From positions 1-64,000 of the forward strand of contig CBDCFW010000006.1 in NCBI GenBank assembly GCA_965216465.1: a stretch of DNA of 64,000 nucleotides, written 5' to 3'. Source of the stretch: Bacteroidia bacterium (GTDB lineage Bacteria > Bacteroidota > Bacteroidia > NS11-12g > UBA9320). Of this stretch, positions 19,140-30,243 are shown piece after piece. The notes below the pieces were generated by a model that did no database searches, was not told the DNA's origin, and saw only the letters and a list, made by a program, of their open reading frames with translations. The position numbers and the translations under genes were made by a program. How positions within the stretch are numbered: the first letter of the stretch is position 1; each line of letters begins with the position of its first letter.

Positions 19140-19979
19140 TTAGCTTTTCTTCATTCGCTTTCTATATCGACGTAGAATAAAGAATCCTCCACCCAAAATT
19201 AGAAATATAGGCCATATTGTAACTAATCCGACAAGGATTGTTAATAGTGCATCCCAACCGTTTACGATGGCTCTTCTGATTTTAGACCAAAAACCGTTAT
19301 TGTTTACCGAGGTAGCTTCCAAAACTTTGTAGTAAGAGATATCCAAAGTAGACAAGCTTACCTGATTTTTAAGATAGTTCATTCGGCCTTCCATTCTCTC
19401 AATATCCATTCTTACTTGGCCTATTTCTCTTTCAACTTCTAAAATTTCTGGAATTTTATTAGCCTTAGCTAAGAGCTGAATCAATCTGCTTTCAATTGCT
19501 TTTTTACTTTTAAGTCGAGCCGATAGATCAAAGAACTCTTCCGTAACATCATCAACATTAATTTCTTTTCGATCAAATCTTGAAACTCCAACCGAAATCT
19601 CCTCAAGAAGTTTGTCAAAGTGTTGAGATGGTACCCGGATAGAAATATCTCTGGTGATTCGACTACTCGAATTACGTTCATGCTCAGAACTTGAATAGCC
19701 GCCATATTTTACTATGGCGGCGTTAATTTGTGTTGAAGTTTTAGCTAAGTCAATGGTTTCATAAGCAATTGAGCCTCTTTTTATCAGTTTTAAGTTTTTG
19801 GTTATTGCAGGTTCTTGATTTTCGACACCTGAACCATTACTGTTATCAGATTTATATAGTTTGTCTTGAGACGTAGCAAAGGTCATATCACTAGCCTCGG
19901 CCATTTCAGTATGTGCTTCGTTAGATGCCTGATTGCAACCAAAAGCAAACAATATCATAATCATTAGGTAATTTTTCAT
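19140..19979 (-). CDS. DUF4349 domain lipoprotein
   Basis: Lipobox AFGC, IRVPSQHF, DVTEEFFDL, coiled coil, C-terminal TM helix. Confidence 0.88.
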   Translation of the reverse strand: MKNYLMIMILFAFGCNQASNEAHTEMAEASDMTFATSQDKLYKSDNSNGSGVENQEPAITKNLKLIKRGSIAYETIDLAKTSTQINAAIVKYGGYSSSEHERNSSSRITRDISIRVPSQHFDKLLEEISVGVSRFDRKEINVDDVTEEFFDLSARLKSKKAIESRLIQLLAKANKIPEILEVEREIGQVRMDIERMEGRMNYLKNQVSLSTLDISYYKVLEATSVNNNGFWSKIRRAIVNGWDALLTILVGLVTIWPIFLILGGGFFILRRYRKRMKKS

Positions 19980-20015
19980 ACCTATTGATATCCTTACGTT
20001 AAAAAAGGTAAATGA

Positions 20016-20582
20016 TTAACTCGTTAAAAATTCTACGAGCTTTTCGATTGCTCTTCCCCGATGGCTAATTTTAGCTTTTTCCTCCATCGACATTTCAGCA
20101 AAAGTTTGGTCATAACCTTCAGGAATAAAAATGGGGTCGTACCCAAAACCTTTTTCTCCCCTTCTCTCTTCAATGATATGACCTTTGCACTCTCCTTCAA
20201 AGACGTGTTTTTGTCCATCTATAATGAGGGCAATGACCGTTCTAAATCGCGCCGACCTGTCTTTCCCAATAAGGTTTGCCAATAAGAGATTCATGTTATC
20301 GTCGCTATTTTTCTGCTCACCTGCATACCGAGCAGAGAAAACGCCGGGTGCACCATCTAGTGAAGAAACTTCCAATCCTGTGTCGTCTGCAAAACAATTT
20401 TCTCCTGTTTTGTCATATACCTGATCTGCTTTTTGCATAGCATTAGCTTCAAGTGTTTGTCCTGTTTCAAGCAATTCGTCTGGGAACAGTTCAGGGTCTA
20501 TACCTTCAATCTGAAAATTTGGAAGCTTATTCCTGATTTCGGCTATCTTATTTTTGTTTTGAGAAGCTAAAACTAGTTTCAT
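20016..20582 (-). CDS. rdgB: Non-canonical purine NTP pyrophosphatase (RdgB/HAM1)
   Basis: ASQNKNK, FADDTGLEV, PGVFSARYAG, GFGYDPIF, KISHRG. Confidence 0.96.
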   Translation of the reverse strand: MKLVLASQNKNKIAEIRNKLPNFQIEGIDPELFPDELLETGQTLEANAMQKADQVYDKTGENCFADDTGLEVSSLDGAPGVFSARYAGEQKNSDDNMNLLLANLIGKDRSARFRTVIALIIDGQKHVFEGECKGHIIEERRGEKGFGYDPIFIPEGYDQTFAEMSMEEKAKISHRGRAIEKLVEFLTS

Positions 20583-20659
20583 TAGAACAGAGTACTCTTT
20601 ATGGATTTTTTAATTGCTTATTTTGAAGTAATTTGCCGTAAAAATAGACAAATACATCA

Positions 20660-21940
20660 ATGTCTACCACTCCACTAGCAGAAAGAATTAGACCCAAGTC
20701 TTTAGATGAATTGGTTGGCCAACAACATATTGTAGGCAAGAACCAACCTTTACGAAGGTCTCTTGAGAAAGGTGTAATGTACTCCTGTATCTTTTGGGGA
20801 CCTCCTGGTGTTGGTAAAACAACTTTAGCTCAAATTATTTCTCATACACTGGATACACCTTTTTTTAAACTTAGTGCGATTAATGCAGGTGTGAAAGATG
20901 TTCGTGAAGTGATTGAAAAAGCCAAGAAAACAAAGTTCTTAGGTTCGGGTGGAAGTGCAATTTTATTCATAGACGAGATTCATCGATTCAATAAATCTCA
21001 GCAAGATGCCTTGCTAGGTGCTGTAGAGCAAGGAATCATAACGCTAATAGGTGCTACAACCGAAAACCCCAGCTTTGAGGTGAACTCGGCACTATTAAGC
21101 AGGTGCGAAGTTTTTGTCTTAAAACCACTTGAACTTACCGACCTTAAAGATTTGGTTAATAGAGCTTTAAAACAAGACGAATTCTTAAGTCAAAAGTCAA
21201 TAAAAGTCAAAGAATGGGAAGCTTTGGTTAAGATTAGCGGTGGCGATGGAAGAAAGCTACTCAATGCGCTCGATATCATCGTTAACTTTAAAGGTGGCAA
21301 GACAATTACAATCACAAATAAGGTGGTCGATCAAGCCGTACAGCAAAAACTTGCCCTATTTGATAAGAGTGGAGAACAACATTACGATATCATTTCAGCC
21401 TATATCAAATCGATTCGAGGCAGCGATCCCAACGCTGCGGTATACTATCTAGCAAGAATGATTGAAGGAGGAGAAGATCCTAAGTTTATTGCCCGACGTC
21501 TTTTAATTCTGGCCAGTGAAGATATTGGAAATGCGAATCCAAATGCATTGCTTTTAGCCGATGCTTGTTTTAGAGCGGTCTCTACGATTGGTTATCCTGA
21601 ATGTAGAATCAATCTATCCCAAACAACCATTTATTTGGCATGTAGTGCAAAGAGCAACGCAAGTTACGTAGCCATCAATCAAGCCCAATCCTTAGTTAGA
21701 AAAACAGGCGATCTTGCAATACCGTTAAACATTAGAAATGCTCCAACCAAATTGATGAAATCATTGGATTACGGAAAAGGATATAAATACTCACACGACT
21801 TCGATAACAATTTTGCAGAGCAAGAATTCTTACCAGAAAGCATCTCAGGAACAACTTTATATGAACCAGGAGAAAATGCACAAGAAGCTAAAATGCGTGC
21901 CAGAATGAAGGCGATGTGGAAGGAGAAATATGGCTATTAA
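20660..21940 (+). CDS. rarA: Replication-associated recombination protein A (MgsA/RarA AAA+ ATPase)
   Basis: PLAERIRP, WGPPGVGKTT, FIDEIHRFNKSQQDALL, KSIRGSDP, ASEDIGNA. Confidence 0.96.
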   Translation: MSTTPLAERIRPKSLDELVGQQHIVGKNQPLRRSLEKGVMYSCIFWGPPGVGKTTLAQIISHTLDTPFFKLSAINAGVKDVREVIEKAKKTKFLGSGGSAILFIDEIHRFNKSQQDALLGAVEQGIITLIGATTENPSFEVNSALLSRCEVFVLKPLELTDLKDLVNRALKQDEFLSQKSIKVKEWEALVKISGGDGRKLLNALDIIVNFKGGKTITITNKVVDQAVQQKLALFDKSGEQHYDIISAYIKSIRGSDPNAAVYYLARMIEGGEDPKFIARRLLILASEDIGNANPNALLLADACFRAVSTIGYPECRINLSQTTIYLACSAKSNASYVAINQAQSLVRKTGDLAIPLNIRNAPTKLMKSLDYGKGYKYSHDFDNNFAEQEFLPESISGTTLYEPGENAQEAKMRARMKAMWKEKYGY

Positions 21941-23190
21941 TCCAAGCGATGAATCTCCACTTTTTCGATACGTTTATCGCTTGCTTCTAGAATTTTGATT
22001 TCATAATTCTCAATAACGAACACTTCATTGTCGTTCGGAATATCTTCAAGATTGGCAACAATGAATCCACCTAATGTTTCATAATCACCTTCAGGTAGGC
22101 CTATATTGTATTTCTCGTTGAGGTAGTCTACTTCTAGCTTAGCAGAAAGTGTATACACGCCATCTTCAGTAACACTCTCTTGTTCTTCAACAACATCGTC
22201 GTGCTCATCTTCAATTTCACCGAAGATTTCTTCCATAATATCTTCAGCAGTTATAATTCCAGCTGTCCCTCCATACTCATCCACTACCAGAGCGATGCTT
22301 TTATGCGTCTTTGAAAACTCATTAAGCATGTCATTGGCCGATTTCGACTCATTGGTAATTAGAATTGGAATCAGAATTGATTTAATACTCTTTGGTTTCT
22401 TATGCAAATCAAGATGATGAACATAGCCAATTATGTTATCTACATTTTCCTTATATACCAAGAGTTTTGAGTGGCGTGATGTGATAAACATTTCTTCCAA
22501 TTCTTTAATGGTAGAATTAAAATCTATCGCCTTTATGTCAATTCGAGGTACTAGGCAGTCGCGTACTTTCACATTACCAAAATCCAAAGCATTTTTCAAA
22601 ATTTCAGTATCCACTTCAGGATCTTCTTCGTCAGATGAATGCTGTGCTGATTGTGAAATAAAGTGATCAAGATCGACCTTACTAAAAGCTGGTGTCTCTT
22701 CGGTGAATTCCGTCTTAAATACCTTGTTTAGAATATTCTTACTCAACCAAACCACAAAATATACAAGGGGCCAAAGTAGGAAGTAAAATAACTGAAATGG
22801 GTAAATCAATACACTCAGAATTCCACTCGGATTAAGCCTAAAAAGTGCTTTTGGCAAAAACTCGGCAGTAATTAAAACTATTGCTGTTGAGATTAGTGTA
22901 GCACAAATCAATGCACCAAATGCTCCAAACCCTTCACTTTCAAGAGCGGGTCGGATAATCTCCTCCATGGTAATACCATAAACAACCAAAGCAACATTGT
23001 TACCTACTAAGATTGTGCTGATAAATTTGGATGGAGACTTGATGTACGATGAACACATTTTTGCCCAATGCTTTCCCTGGTTGCTCTTTAATTCAATACG
23101 TAGCTTGTTTACCGAAACAAAGGCTATTTCAAGTCCTGAGAAAAATGCCGACAAAATCAGCATCAATATCACTAACAAAAATGGAGACAT
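21937..23190 (-). CDS. CNNM/CBS/CorC domain membrane protein (hemolysin/TlyC family)
   Basis: SAFFSGLEIAF, ILVGNN, AEFLPK, VVDEYGGTAG, YETLGGF. Confidence 0.93.
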   Translation of the reverse strand: MSPFLLVILMLILSAFFSGLEIAFVSVNKLRIELKSNQGKHWAKMCSSYIKSPSKFISTILVGNNVALVVYGITMEEIIRPALESEGFGAFGALICATLISTAIVLITAEFLPKALFRLNPSGILSVLIYPFQLFYFLLWPLVYFVVWLSKNILNKVFKTEFTEETPAFSKVDLDHFISQSAQHSSDEEDPEVDTEILKNALDFGNVKVRDCLVPRIDIKAIDFNSTIKELEEMFITSRHSKLLVYKENVDNIIGYVHHLDLHKKPKSIKSILIPILITNESKSANDMLNEFSKTHKSIALVVDEYGGTAGIITAEDIMEEIFGEIEDEHDDVVEEQESVTEDGVYTLSAKLEVDYLNEKYNIGLPEGDYETLGGFIVANLEDIPNDNEVFVIENYEIKILEASDKRIEKVEIHRLD

Positions 23191-23253
23191 TTGCTAAGGC
23201 AAAGATAGATTTAAATCTCATATGCAAATGGGCTATTTTTGCTTATACACTCA

Positions 23254-24609
23254 ATGAAAAACCTCTTTAATCGACTTTTCATGAAACTTCGGCCCAAAAC
23301 AAAATGGTTTTGGTGGGTCTTTTTAATCTGTGTGCTACCCAGAATAATTCTTGTTATTGTCAACGACGAATGTAACGACGATCACATGACACCCATTATG
23401 CTTTTGCAAGAAAAGGGTGTTTATCCCGAAACCCATGATTGTTGGGAGTGCTTTCAGCCCCCATTGTTCTACTATACTATTAATGCTATTGCAAGTCCAT
23501 TAAACATTAACCAATGGATGGACCTATATTATCTAATTCAAATCTTCAACCTCTTTTTTGTGTTGGCTATTCTATGGATTATACTGCGAATAGTTGAATC
23601 GTTTAAGCTCCCTAAATTGCTCAGCGTCAGCAGCATGCTGTTCTTTGGGTTAAATCCAGAACTGATTAGCATTGGTGCTTTGGCCACCAACGACACTGTA
23701 ATGATCTTTACTGGTTTTGTGCTAATTTACCTTTTCATGAAGCAGTGGCATAACCCAACTGTTTCGAAAGAATTGACCATCGCAACCATAATTTCATTAG
23801 CCGCCATAACCAAAGGCAATGCCTTGGTATTTGGATTTGCATTCGCAGTGCTACTCTTGCTAATTTACACCCGAGACCGAAGCTGGAACATCAAATCACT
23901 GAGTCGTCAACTTGTACTAGCTGTAGTCATGTTCTTTTTCGTTGGCTATTTTGGAAATTACTTTGAAAAACATCAAAAGTTAGGATACGCTTTCACCATC
24001 AACCAAGACAAACAGGGTCCACCTCATTTTTTTGAGACTGATTATTATTTATCGGTTGGAAGACCAGGAGTTATAACGATTTATGACACCTATTTTAAAA
24101 TGCAATTCTTGAGCTTGCTCGAGCAACCGTATATCATTAATGATGGCCCAAACTACCCTAAACATCGAACCTCATTCTGGGGTCAGCTTTATGGCCAATA
24201 TTCAAATTACATGTTTGAAAGATATCCTGCGTCATGGGTTTCTGACAACAACGATCATTATAACTTTACAAGAACAAATTATGTTCTTCACCTACCAATC
24301 TTGTTCTTGCTTATTCTCGGAATTATCAGTGCAATCCGATCTCAAAGACAAGGTTTAAATTTCAACCTCGTACACGTTTTTTTAGCGGCCCTTTTCTTGT
24401 TCTTTATTGCTCGTTACAGTTACATTTATAGAGACTTTAGCAACATGAAGGTCATCTTCTTTTTTCCCATCTTATACTCGTTGATGGTGTTATTTCTTAA
24501 CTACATTAAGAAAATCAGATTTCAAAAAGTTGTGTCGTATTTACTCCTTGCATCCTCGCTTCTTTACCAAGTCAGTTTCGTCTACCTCATTATTGAATTG
24601 ATTAAGTAG
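23254..24609 (+). CDS. GT-C superfamily (ArnT/PMT-like) membrane glycosyltransferase, putative
   Basis: Many TM helices, DDH and QPPLFY loop motifs, TND and TKGN motifs; start uncertain (23254 or 23281). Confidence 0.65.
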   Translation: MKNLFNRLFMKLRPKTKWFWWVFLICVLPRIILVIVNDECNDDHMTPIMLLQEKGVYPETHDCWECFQPPLFYYTINAIASPLNINQWMDLYYLIQIFNLFFVLAILWIILRIVESFKLPKLLSVSSMLFFGLNPELISIGALATNDTVMIFTGFVLIYLFMKQWHNPTVSKELTIATIISLAAITKGNALVFGFAFAVLLLLIYTRDRSWNIKSLSRQLVLAVVMFFFVGYFGNYFEKHQKLGYAFTINQDKQGPPHFFETDYYLSVGRPGVITIYDTYFKMQFLSLLEQPYIINDGPNYPKHRTSFWGQLYGQYSNYMFERYPASWVSDNNDHYNFTRTNYVLHLPILFLLILGIISAIRSQRQGLNFNLVHVFLAALFLFFIARYSYIYRDFSNMKVIFFFPILYSLMVLFLNYIKKIRFQKVVSYLLLASSLLYQVSFVYLIIELIK

Positions 24610-24638
24610 AAATTAATATCTTCGTTGTTCACTAATCA

Positions 24639-26198
24639 ATGAGCGATCATAACACATTTGAATCTGAAGTAAATCAAGGATATAGCTTCAAAGGAGAGTC
24701 TATTTTGTTAGGAGGTGCGATGCTCGATGGAGAGTCACTACCTGGATTACAGATTAAAGCTCCCCTTAAAACTATTAATCGACATGGATTAATAGCTGGA
24801 GCTACTGGAACAGGGAAGACTAAAACACTTCAAAATCTTGCAGAAAGACTTTCTGAAAAAGGAATTCCTGTTTTATTAATGGATGTAAAAGGAGATCTCT
24901 CAGGTCTAACTCAAGCAAGCGATGGCCATCCTAAAATTGACGAAAGGCACGAACGAATAGGAAGCCCTTGGGATGGTAAGGCTTACCCTTGTGAATTGCT
25001 TACCATTTCTGATCAGGCAGGAACCCGATTAAGAGCAACTATTTCCGAGTTTGGCCCCGTATTGCTATCCAAAATATTGGAGTTAAACGACGTTCAAAGT
25101 GGTATTATCTCAATTATCTTTAAATATTGTGATGACAACAAACTTCCTCTGTTAGATATTAAAGATTTCAGAAAAGTGCTTCAATGGGTGTCCGATGAAG
25201 GCAAAGAAGAAATTGAAAAAGAATATGGTCGTGTAAGCTCCTCTTCAGTTGGAGCTATAATGAGGGCTTTGATTACAATAGAAGAACAAGGTGCTGATTT
25301 GTTCTTTGGCGAAACAAGCTTTGATGTAGACGATTTATTAAGACTAGACGAAAACGGAATGGGCTACATCAACATTCTAAGACTTGATGATATACAAAGC
25401 AAGCCTAAGCTTTTTTCTACCTTTATGTTATGCTTGCTCGCCGAAATCTATTCAACGTTCCCGGAGCAAGGAGATAGCGGAAGGCCAGAATTGGTTATTT
25501 TCATTGATGAGGCTCATTTGATATTTGACGAGGCCAGTAAAGCACTACTCCGTCAAATTGAGACGATCGTAAAACTAATTCGAAGTAAAGGTGTTGGCTT
25601 GTTCTTCGTTACTCAAAATCCAACAGATGTGCCTGAAGATGTTCTATCTCAACTTGGAATGAAGATACAACATGCATTGAGAGCATTTACAGCTAAAGAT
25701 CGTAAAGCCATAAAACTTACTGCTGAGAACTATCCCATAACCGAACACTACGAAGTAGACGAATTGCTAACTAATTTAGGTATTGGAGAAGCGATTGTTA
25801 CTGTGCTCAACGAAAAGGGAATTCCAACGCCGTTGGCACATACGCTACTAACAGCTCCTTCGTCAAGAATGGATGTTATCTCGGATAAAGAAAAGAAGGA
25901 AGTGCTTTCGCAATCAAAATTGATGGATAAGTACGATGAGGTAATAGATCGAGAAAGTGCCTATGAAATGCTCAATAAAAAGCTTGAAGCCGCAGAAGAA
26001 TTGAACAAAGAAGAGGAAGAAGAAAAGGCAGAAAAGAAAAAGACCACAACCAAAAAATCGAGCTCAAAACGAAAGAAACCGTTAATAGATGCTACTACAA
26101 AGCGTATGATTATGCGTGAGGTAACTCGAGGAATCTTAGGCGTTTTGGGAATATCAAGTTCACGACGCAGAAAAAAATCATCCCTATTTGGGTTTTAG
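24639..26198 (+). CDS. DUF853 / YjgR HerA-like P-loop ATPase
   Basis: NRHGLIAGATGTGKTKTLQ, DVKGDLSG, FIDEAHL, IRSKGVG, QHALRAFT. Confidence 0.93.
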   Translation: MSDHNTFESEVNQGYSFKGESILLGGAMLDGESLPGLQIKAPLKTINRHGLIAGATGTGKTKTLQNLAERLSEKGIPVLLMDVKGDLSGLTQASDGHPKIDERHERIGSPWDGKAYPCELLTISDQAGTRLRATISEFGPVLLSKILELNDVQSGIISIIFKYCDDNKLPLLDIKDFRKVLQWVSDEGKEEIEKEYGRVSSSSVGAIMRALITIEEQGADLFFGETSFDVDDLLRLDENGMGYINILRLDDIQSKPKLFSTFMLCLLAEIYSTFPEQGDSGRPELVIFIDEAHLIFDEASKALLRQIETIVKLIRSKGVGLFFVTQNPTDVPEDVLSQLGMKIQHALRAFTAKDRKAIKLTAENYPITEHYEVDELLTNLGIGEAIVTVLNEKGIPTPLAHTLLTAPSSRMDVISDKEKKEVLSQSKLMDKYDEVIDRESAYEMLNKKLEAAEELNKEEEEEKAEKKKTTTKKSSSKRKKPLIDATTKRMIMREVTRGILGVLGISSSRRRKKSSLFGF

Positions 26199-26202
26199 AA
26201 TT

Positions 26203-26857
26203 ATGAAGAAATATATTTTACCTTTAATACTTATTCTTGGTTTTGGAGCCGGAATTAGTTCATGTACTGATGACGACGAAACACCGGAAGGAACTCCAAA
26301 TGTCACTTTTGATGTAATTGAGTTAAACACAAGTTTTGGTTCGATGTATGTTCATCTTTACGATGCGACTCCACAACATAGAGACAACTTTCTAAAACTT
26401 GTAAATGAAGGATTCTACGACTCAACAGAATTTCACCGGATTATTCCATTGTTTGTGATACAAGGCGGTGATCCAAACTCAAAAGACGAAGACCGTACCA
26501 ATGACGGAACTGGTGGACCCGGATATACCATTCCTGCCGAAATCGATTCGGCTAATTTCAAACATATTTTCGGAGCAATAGGTGCTGCAAGACTAGGAAA
26601 TACAACAAATCCTGAACGTCGATCAAGCGGATCGCAGTTTTACATCGTAACCAATCCTGATGGCACCGATTTTCCTCGATGGCGAATACACCGTTTTTGG
26701 CGAAGTATTAGCCGGCATGGACGTGGCAAAAGCGATTGAAATTCAACCTAAAAACAACAGAGATCAGCCCTTAATTAGAATTCCAATGACCATTAAAGTC
26801 GTTCAACTTACGGCTCAAGAGATGGAAGAAAAGGGTATTGGATCACCTCAGCAATAA
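26203..26857 (+). pseudogene. Cyclophilin-type peptidyl-prolyl isomerase lipoprotein, split by a +1 frameshift (probably a sequencing error)
   Basis: TPQHRDNF, FHRIIPLFVIQGGDP, SGSQFYIV in ORF 26188-26739; LDGEYTVFGEV in another frame; removing one T from 26670-26673 restores DGTDFLDGEYTVFG. Confidence 0.85.
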
Positions 26858-27687
26858 TGTTTTCAATTTGAATTCCAACATGGAATAATATAGAATACCT
26901 CAAACTGTGTGTTAACAGTATTCGTAAGCATTCTAGCTTCGACCATCAAATTATTGTTGTGGTAAACGAAGGTTTAGATGGTTCCGTACAATGGTTAAGC
27001 AATGAAAACATTGAGTTTATTCATCACAAAGAGAATGTAGGAATATGTACAGGTCTTAACTCAGCAACTCATCTAATAAAACAAGACTTCGTAGTATACC
27101 TCAACGATGACATGGTTGTTCTGCCCCAATGGGATTATGCACTGGCAAATGAAATAGCATCAATTGGTCACCGTAATTTTATGCTAAGTGGAACCATGAT
27201 TGAGCCTTATGAAACGGGTAATAGATGTGCAATTGTTCAAGATTTTGGCACCGACATAGAAAGCTTTGCTGAGGAAGGTGTTTTGGCCTTTAACGATACG
27301 TTTAAAAAGGAAGATTGGAGCGGGTCAAGTTGGCCTCCCGTTTTAATTCCTACCCACATTATGGCAAAAAGTTGGAGGCATGAGTGAGGAGTTTTCTCCC
27401 GGCATGTACTCCGACCCAGATTTAAGTATGAAGCTGTGGCAAGAAGGTGTACGCTATTTTAAAGGAATTGGTTGCAAGCAGGGTTTATCATTTCGGAAGC
27501 AAAAGCACACGAAAACTAGGAAAGAACATTGGTCGTCAGATCTTTCTCAATAAGTGGAATGTTACGGCAAACTACTTTTACAAAAACTACTTAAAAATGG
27601 GAAGTACATGGAAGGGACCATTAAAAGACCACCATCCTAGTATAGGCAGCAAGGTCATTCACTCGTTTTAAAAAACTTAAAAACTAA
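26857..27687 (+). pseudogene. Family 2 glycosyltransferase interrupted by an in-frame TGA and 2-3 frameshifts
   Basis: MFSI*IPTWNNIEYLKLCV (TGA 26869-26871), LNDDM; +1 shifts near 27353-27355 and 27472-27473 give WQKVGGMSEEFSPGMYSDPD and SRVYHFGSKST; probable third shift near 27666-27669. Confidence 0.8.
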
Positions 27688-27688
27688 T

Positions 27689-28501
27689 ATGGACGAAGGT
27701 GTTGAGCATATAGAAATTCGGAGACAAGAAAGTGGCAAGCTAATAAGAAAGCAGGATGCCGTAGCAGTTGAAGCTCCACTTGAAATTCAAGTTCAATCTT
27801 CTGATGCTCAAGAACCTACTGCAATTTCAGTCACCATGAGAACTCCAGGTGACGATGAAGAACTTGCTTTAGGTTTTTTGTTTACTGAAGGATTATTAAA
27901 GCACTATAGCCAAGTAAAAGCAGTTTCATATTTAGGAGACAACATCGTAAAAATTCGCTTAAACGAGGGTGAAAGAGTTGAATTACAAAAAGCTGAGCGA
28001 AACTTTTATACCACCAGCAGCTGTGGGGTTTGCGGAAAGGCGAGTATCGATGCAATTCACACCCATACACAGTTTGAAATTAAACCTCAACAAAAGGTCT
28101 CTCAAGAAGTACTTTTTAATCTGAAAGAAAAACTGGGCAACAAGCAGTCGTTATTTACCCTCACGGGTGGCATTCATGCGGCTGGTTTATTTGACTACAG
28201 CGGTAATTTGGAATCTATCCAAGAAGACGTTGGAAGGCACAACGCCTTAGACAAATTAATTGGTCATTTCTTTAAACGCAAATCGCTTCCTCTTAAAGAT
28301 AAAATACTGCTACTCAGCGGCAGAGCTAGCTTCGAATTGCTACAAAAAGCTACTATGGCTGGTATCGAAACAATAATTGCAGTTGGAGCACCGAGTAGTC
28401 TGGCTGGTAGAGCTTGCAAAAAGAGAACAATCAAACCTTAATTGGCTTCTTAGAAAAAAGACACTTTTAATGTGTATTGTGGAGAGATTGAAATCCAATA
28501 A
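27689..28501 (+). CDS. fdhD: Formate dehydrogenase accessory sulfurtransferase FdhD (C-terminus frameshifted in this sequence)
   Basis: AVEAPLEI, MRTPG, SSCGVCGK, TGGIHAAGLF, EDVGRHNALDKL; the expected tail SSLAVELAKENNQTLIGF..FNVY needs three single-base corrections in 28406-28468. Confidence 0.9.
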
Positions 28502-28582
28502 TTGATTTATACCTTTAATTCTTATTTTTGAAAGAGTAACCAACTTATTTAATACGCTAGTATTTAGTGTTACACCTAGAAT

Positions 28583-30236
28583 ATGTCAAAAAATTTAAGT
28601 GAATTATCTGGACGAAAAGGATTAGACGATAACCTATTCGATAAATTGGGAAAGCTTGCTCAGCCAACTGGCTCTCCAAGTAGTGAAGAATTAGAGCGGC
28701 TGGCCGAAGAGTTTCTTATTGGAAATGCTAACACCTATGGCACCGCAACATTTTTATGATTTTCTGAGACCTGAAAATCAAGGAAAGAGAGCATATGTAT
28801 GCAACGGCACTGCCTGTGTTTGTGCTGGAACGCAAGAAAAAGTAATTGATGCACTCAAGTCAGAGTTCAAAGAAGAAGAGATCGGACACATGACTTGCTT
28901 AGGACGTTGTCACGAGAACAGTGCTTTTCACTACAACGGTCAAAACTTTTCTGGAAATGCCATCTCAAATCTACCAGAGATTGTAGGCAAGGATAATGAT
29001 CAGAACAAAGATAAATATCATGTTAAGGCTCATGGCGAAGCCATTTTAACTGCTCCATTTACTTCAATTGACGAATACTATGCCCCTTTCAAGGAAGCTC
29101 TCAAAAGAGATTCTGCTTCTGTTCTTGAAGAGATAAAAACTTCAAATGTAAGAGGACGAGGAGGTGCTGGTTTCCCAATGGGTCTGAAACTGGAATTCTG
29201 TAGAAATGCAAAGAGCGATGTAAAATTCATAATCTGCAATGCGGATGAAGGCGATCCAGGAGCATATTCTGATCGCTACTTGCTCGAAGAACGACCTCAT
29301 TCTGTTTTGTTTGGTATGATGATTTCAGGCTTTGTTACCCATGCAAGCTATGGAGTGTTGTACATAAGAGCAGAATACCCCGAAGCTGCAGACATTGTTC
29401 AGGATGCCGTAGACGAGCTAAGAGCCAAAGGACTAATCGGCAACAATATAGAAGGAAGTGAATTTAGCTTTGATTTTAAAGTTATTCGTGCACAGGGTTC
29501 GTATATCTGTGGTGAAGAGACCGCCTTGATTAACTCAATAGAAGGTCAACGCCCAGAAGTTCGTGTTAGACCTCCGTTTCCTGCACAACAAGGTTTATTC
29601 AATAAGCCAACAATTGTAAACAATGTTGAGACTCTTGCAACGGTACATCATATACTTTCTAAAGGTGGAAAAAACTGGAAGGGAATAGGAACCGAAAAGT
29701 CGTCAGGGACCAAGTTGGTGAGCTTAGATAGCTTCTTCAATAATCCGGGAATCTATGAAGTTGAAATGGGAACTCCTATGTCGGTTGTTGTAAATGAATT
29801 GGGTGGAGGATTTAAAAGCCCGGTTAAAGCTGTACAAATTGGAGGACCACTTGGTGGACTTGTACCGACTGCAAAACTTGATGAATTACTCTTGGATTTT
29901 GAATCGTTTTCTCAGAACGGATTCTTGCTAGGGCACGCGTCTGTGGTTTCCATCCCAGAAGATTTTCCTATCATGGAATTCATCGAACATTTATTCGATT
30001 TTGCTTCATATGAAAGTTGTGGCAAATGTTTCCCTTGTCGTTTAGGCACTAAACGCGGACAAGAAATGTCTGAAAAAGCATTGAAATCAGACTATAAAAT
30101 TGACAGAGCTCTATTCGATGATCTTTTAACTACATTGGAAAAAGGATCACTATGTGCACACGGAGGAGGAATTCCTCTACCTGTGAGAAATGCACTGCAG
30201 TATTTCGATGACGAATTAAAAACTTACTTTAACTAA
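28583..30236 (+). CDS. NAD-dependent formate dehydrogenase flavoprotein subunit (NuoF/FdsB-like with fused NuoE-like 2Fe-2S domain); frameshift near 28751-28755
   Basis: RGRGGAGFP, CNADEGDPG, YICGEETAL, ESCGKCFPCRLG; N-terminal CNGTAC...CLGRC; upstream ORF MSKNLSELSGRKG...TYGTATF joins YDFLRP after removing one T. Confidence 0.88.
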
Positions 30237-30243
30237 CTACATT

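Noticed and set aside
21937-23190. Hemolysin toxin or gldE assignment
   Set aside because: The CNNM-CBS-CorC architecture indicates a metal-homeostasis family; no gldD neighbour or other evidence supports the specific gldE call
24639-26198. HerA-like ATPase as part of an anti-phage defence system
   Set aside because: The motifs match the widespread stand-alone DUF853/YjgR family, and no Sir2, NurA or nuclease partner is adjacent
26869-26871. In-frame TGA in the GT2 gene as selenocysteine or stop-codon reassignment
   Set aside because: The position corresponds to a hydrophobic beta-strand residue (SIxIP), TGA ends many normal genes in this window, and the codon lies in the error-rich stretch
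26670-28755. Phase variation or programmed frameshifting at the indel sites
   Set aside because: The runs are only 2-6 nt, lesions hit unrelated adjacent genes and several occur per gene; this fits consensus error better
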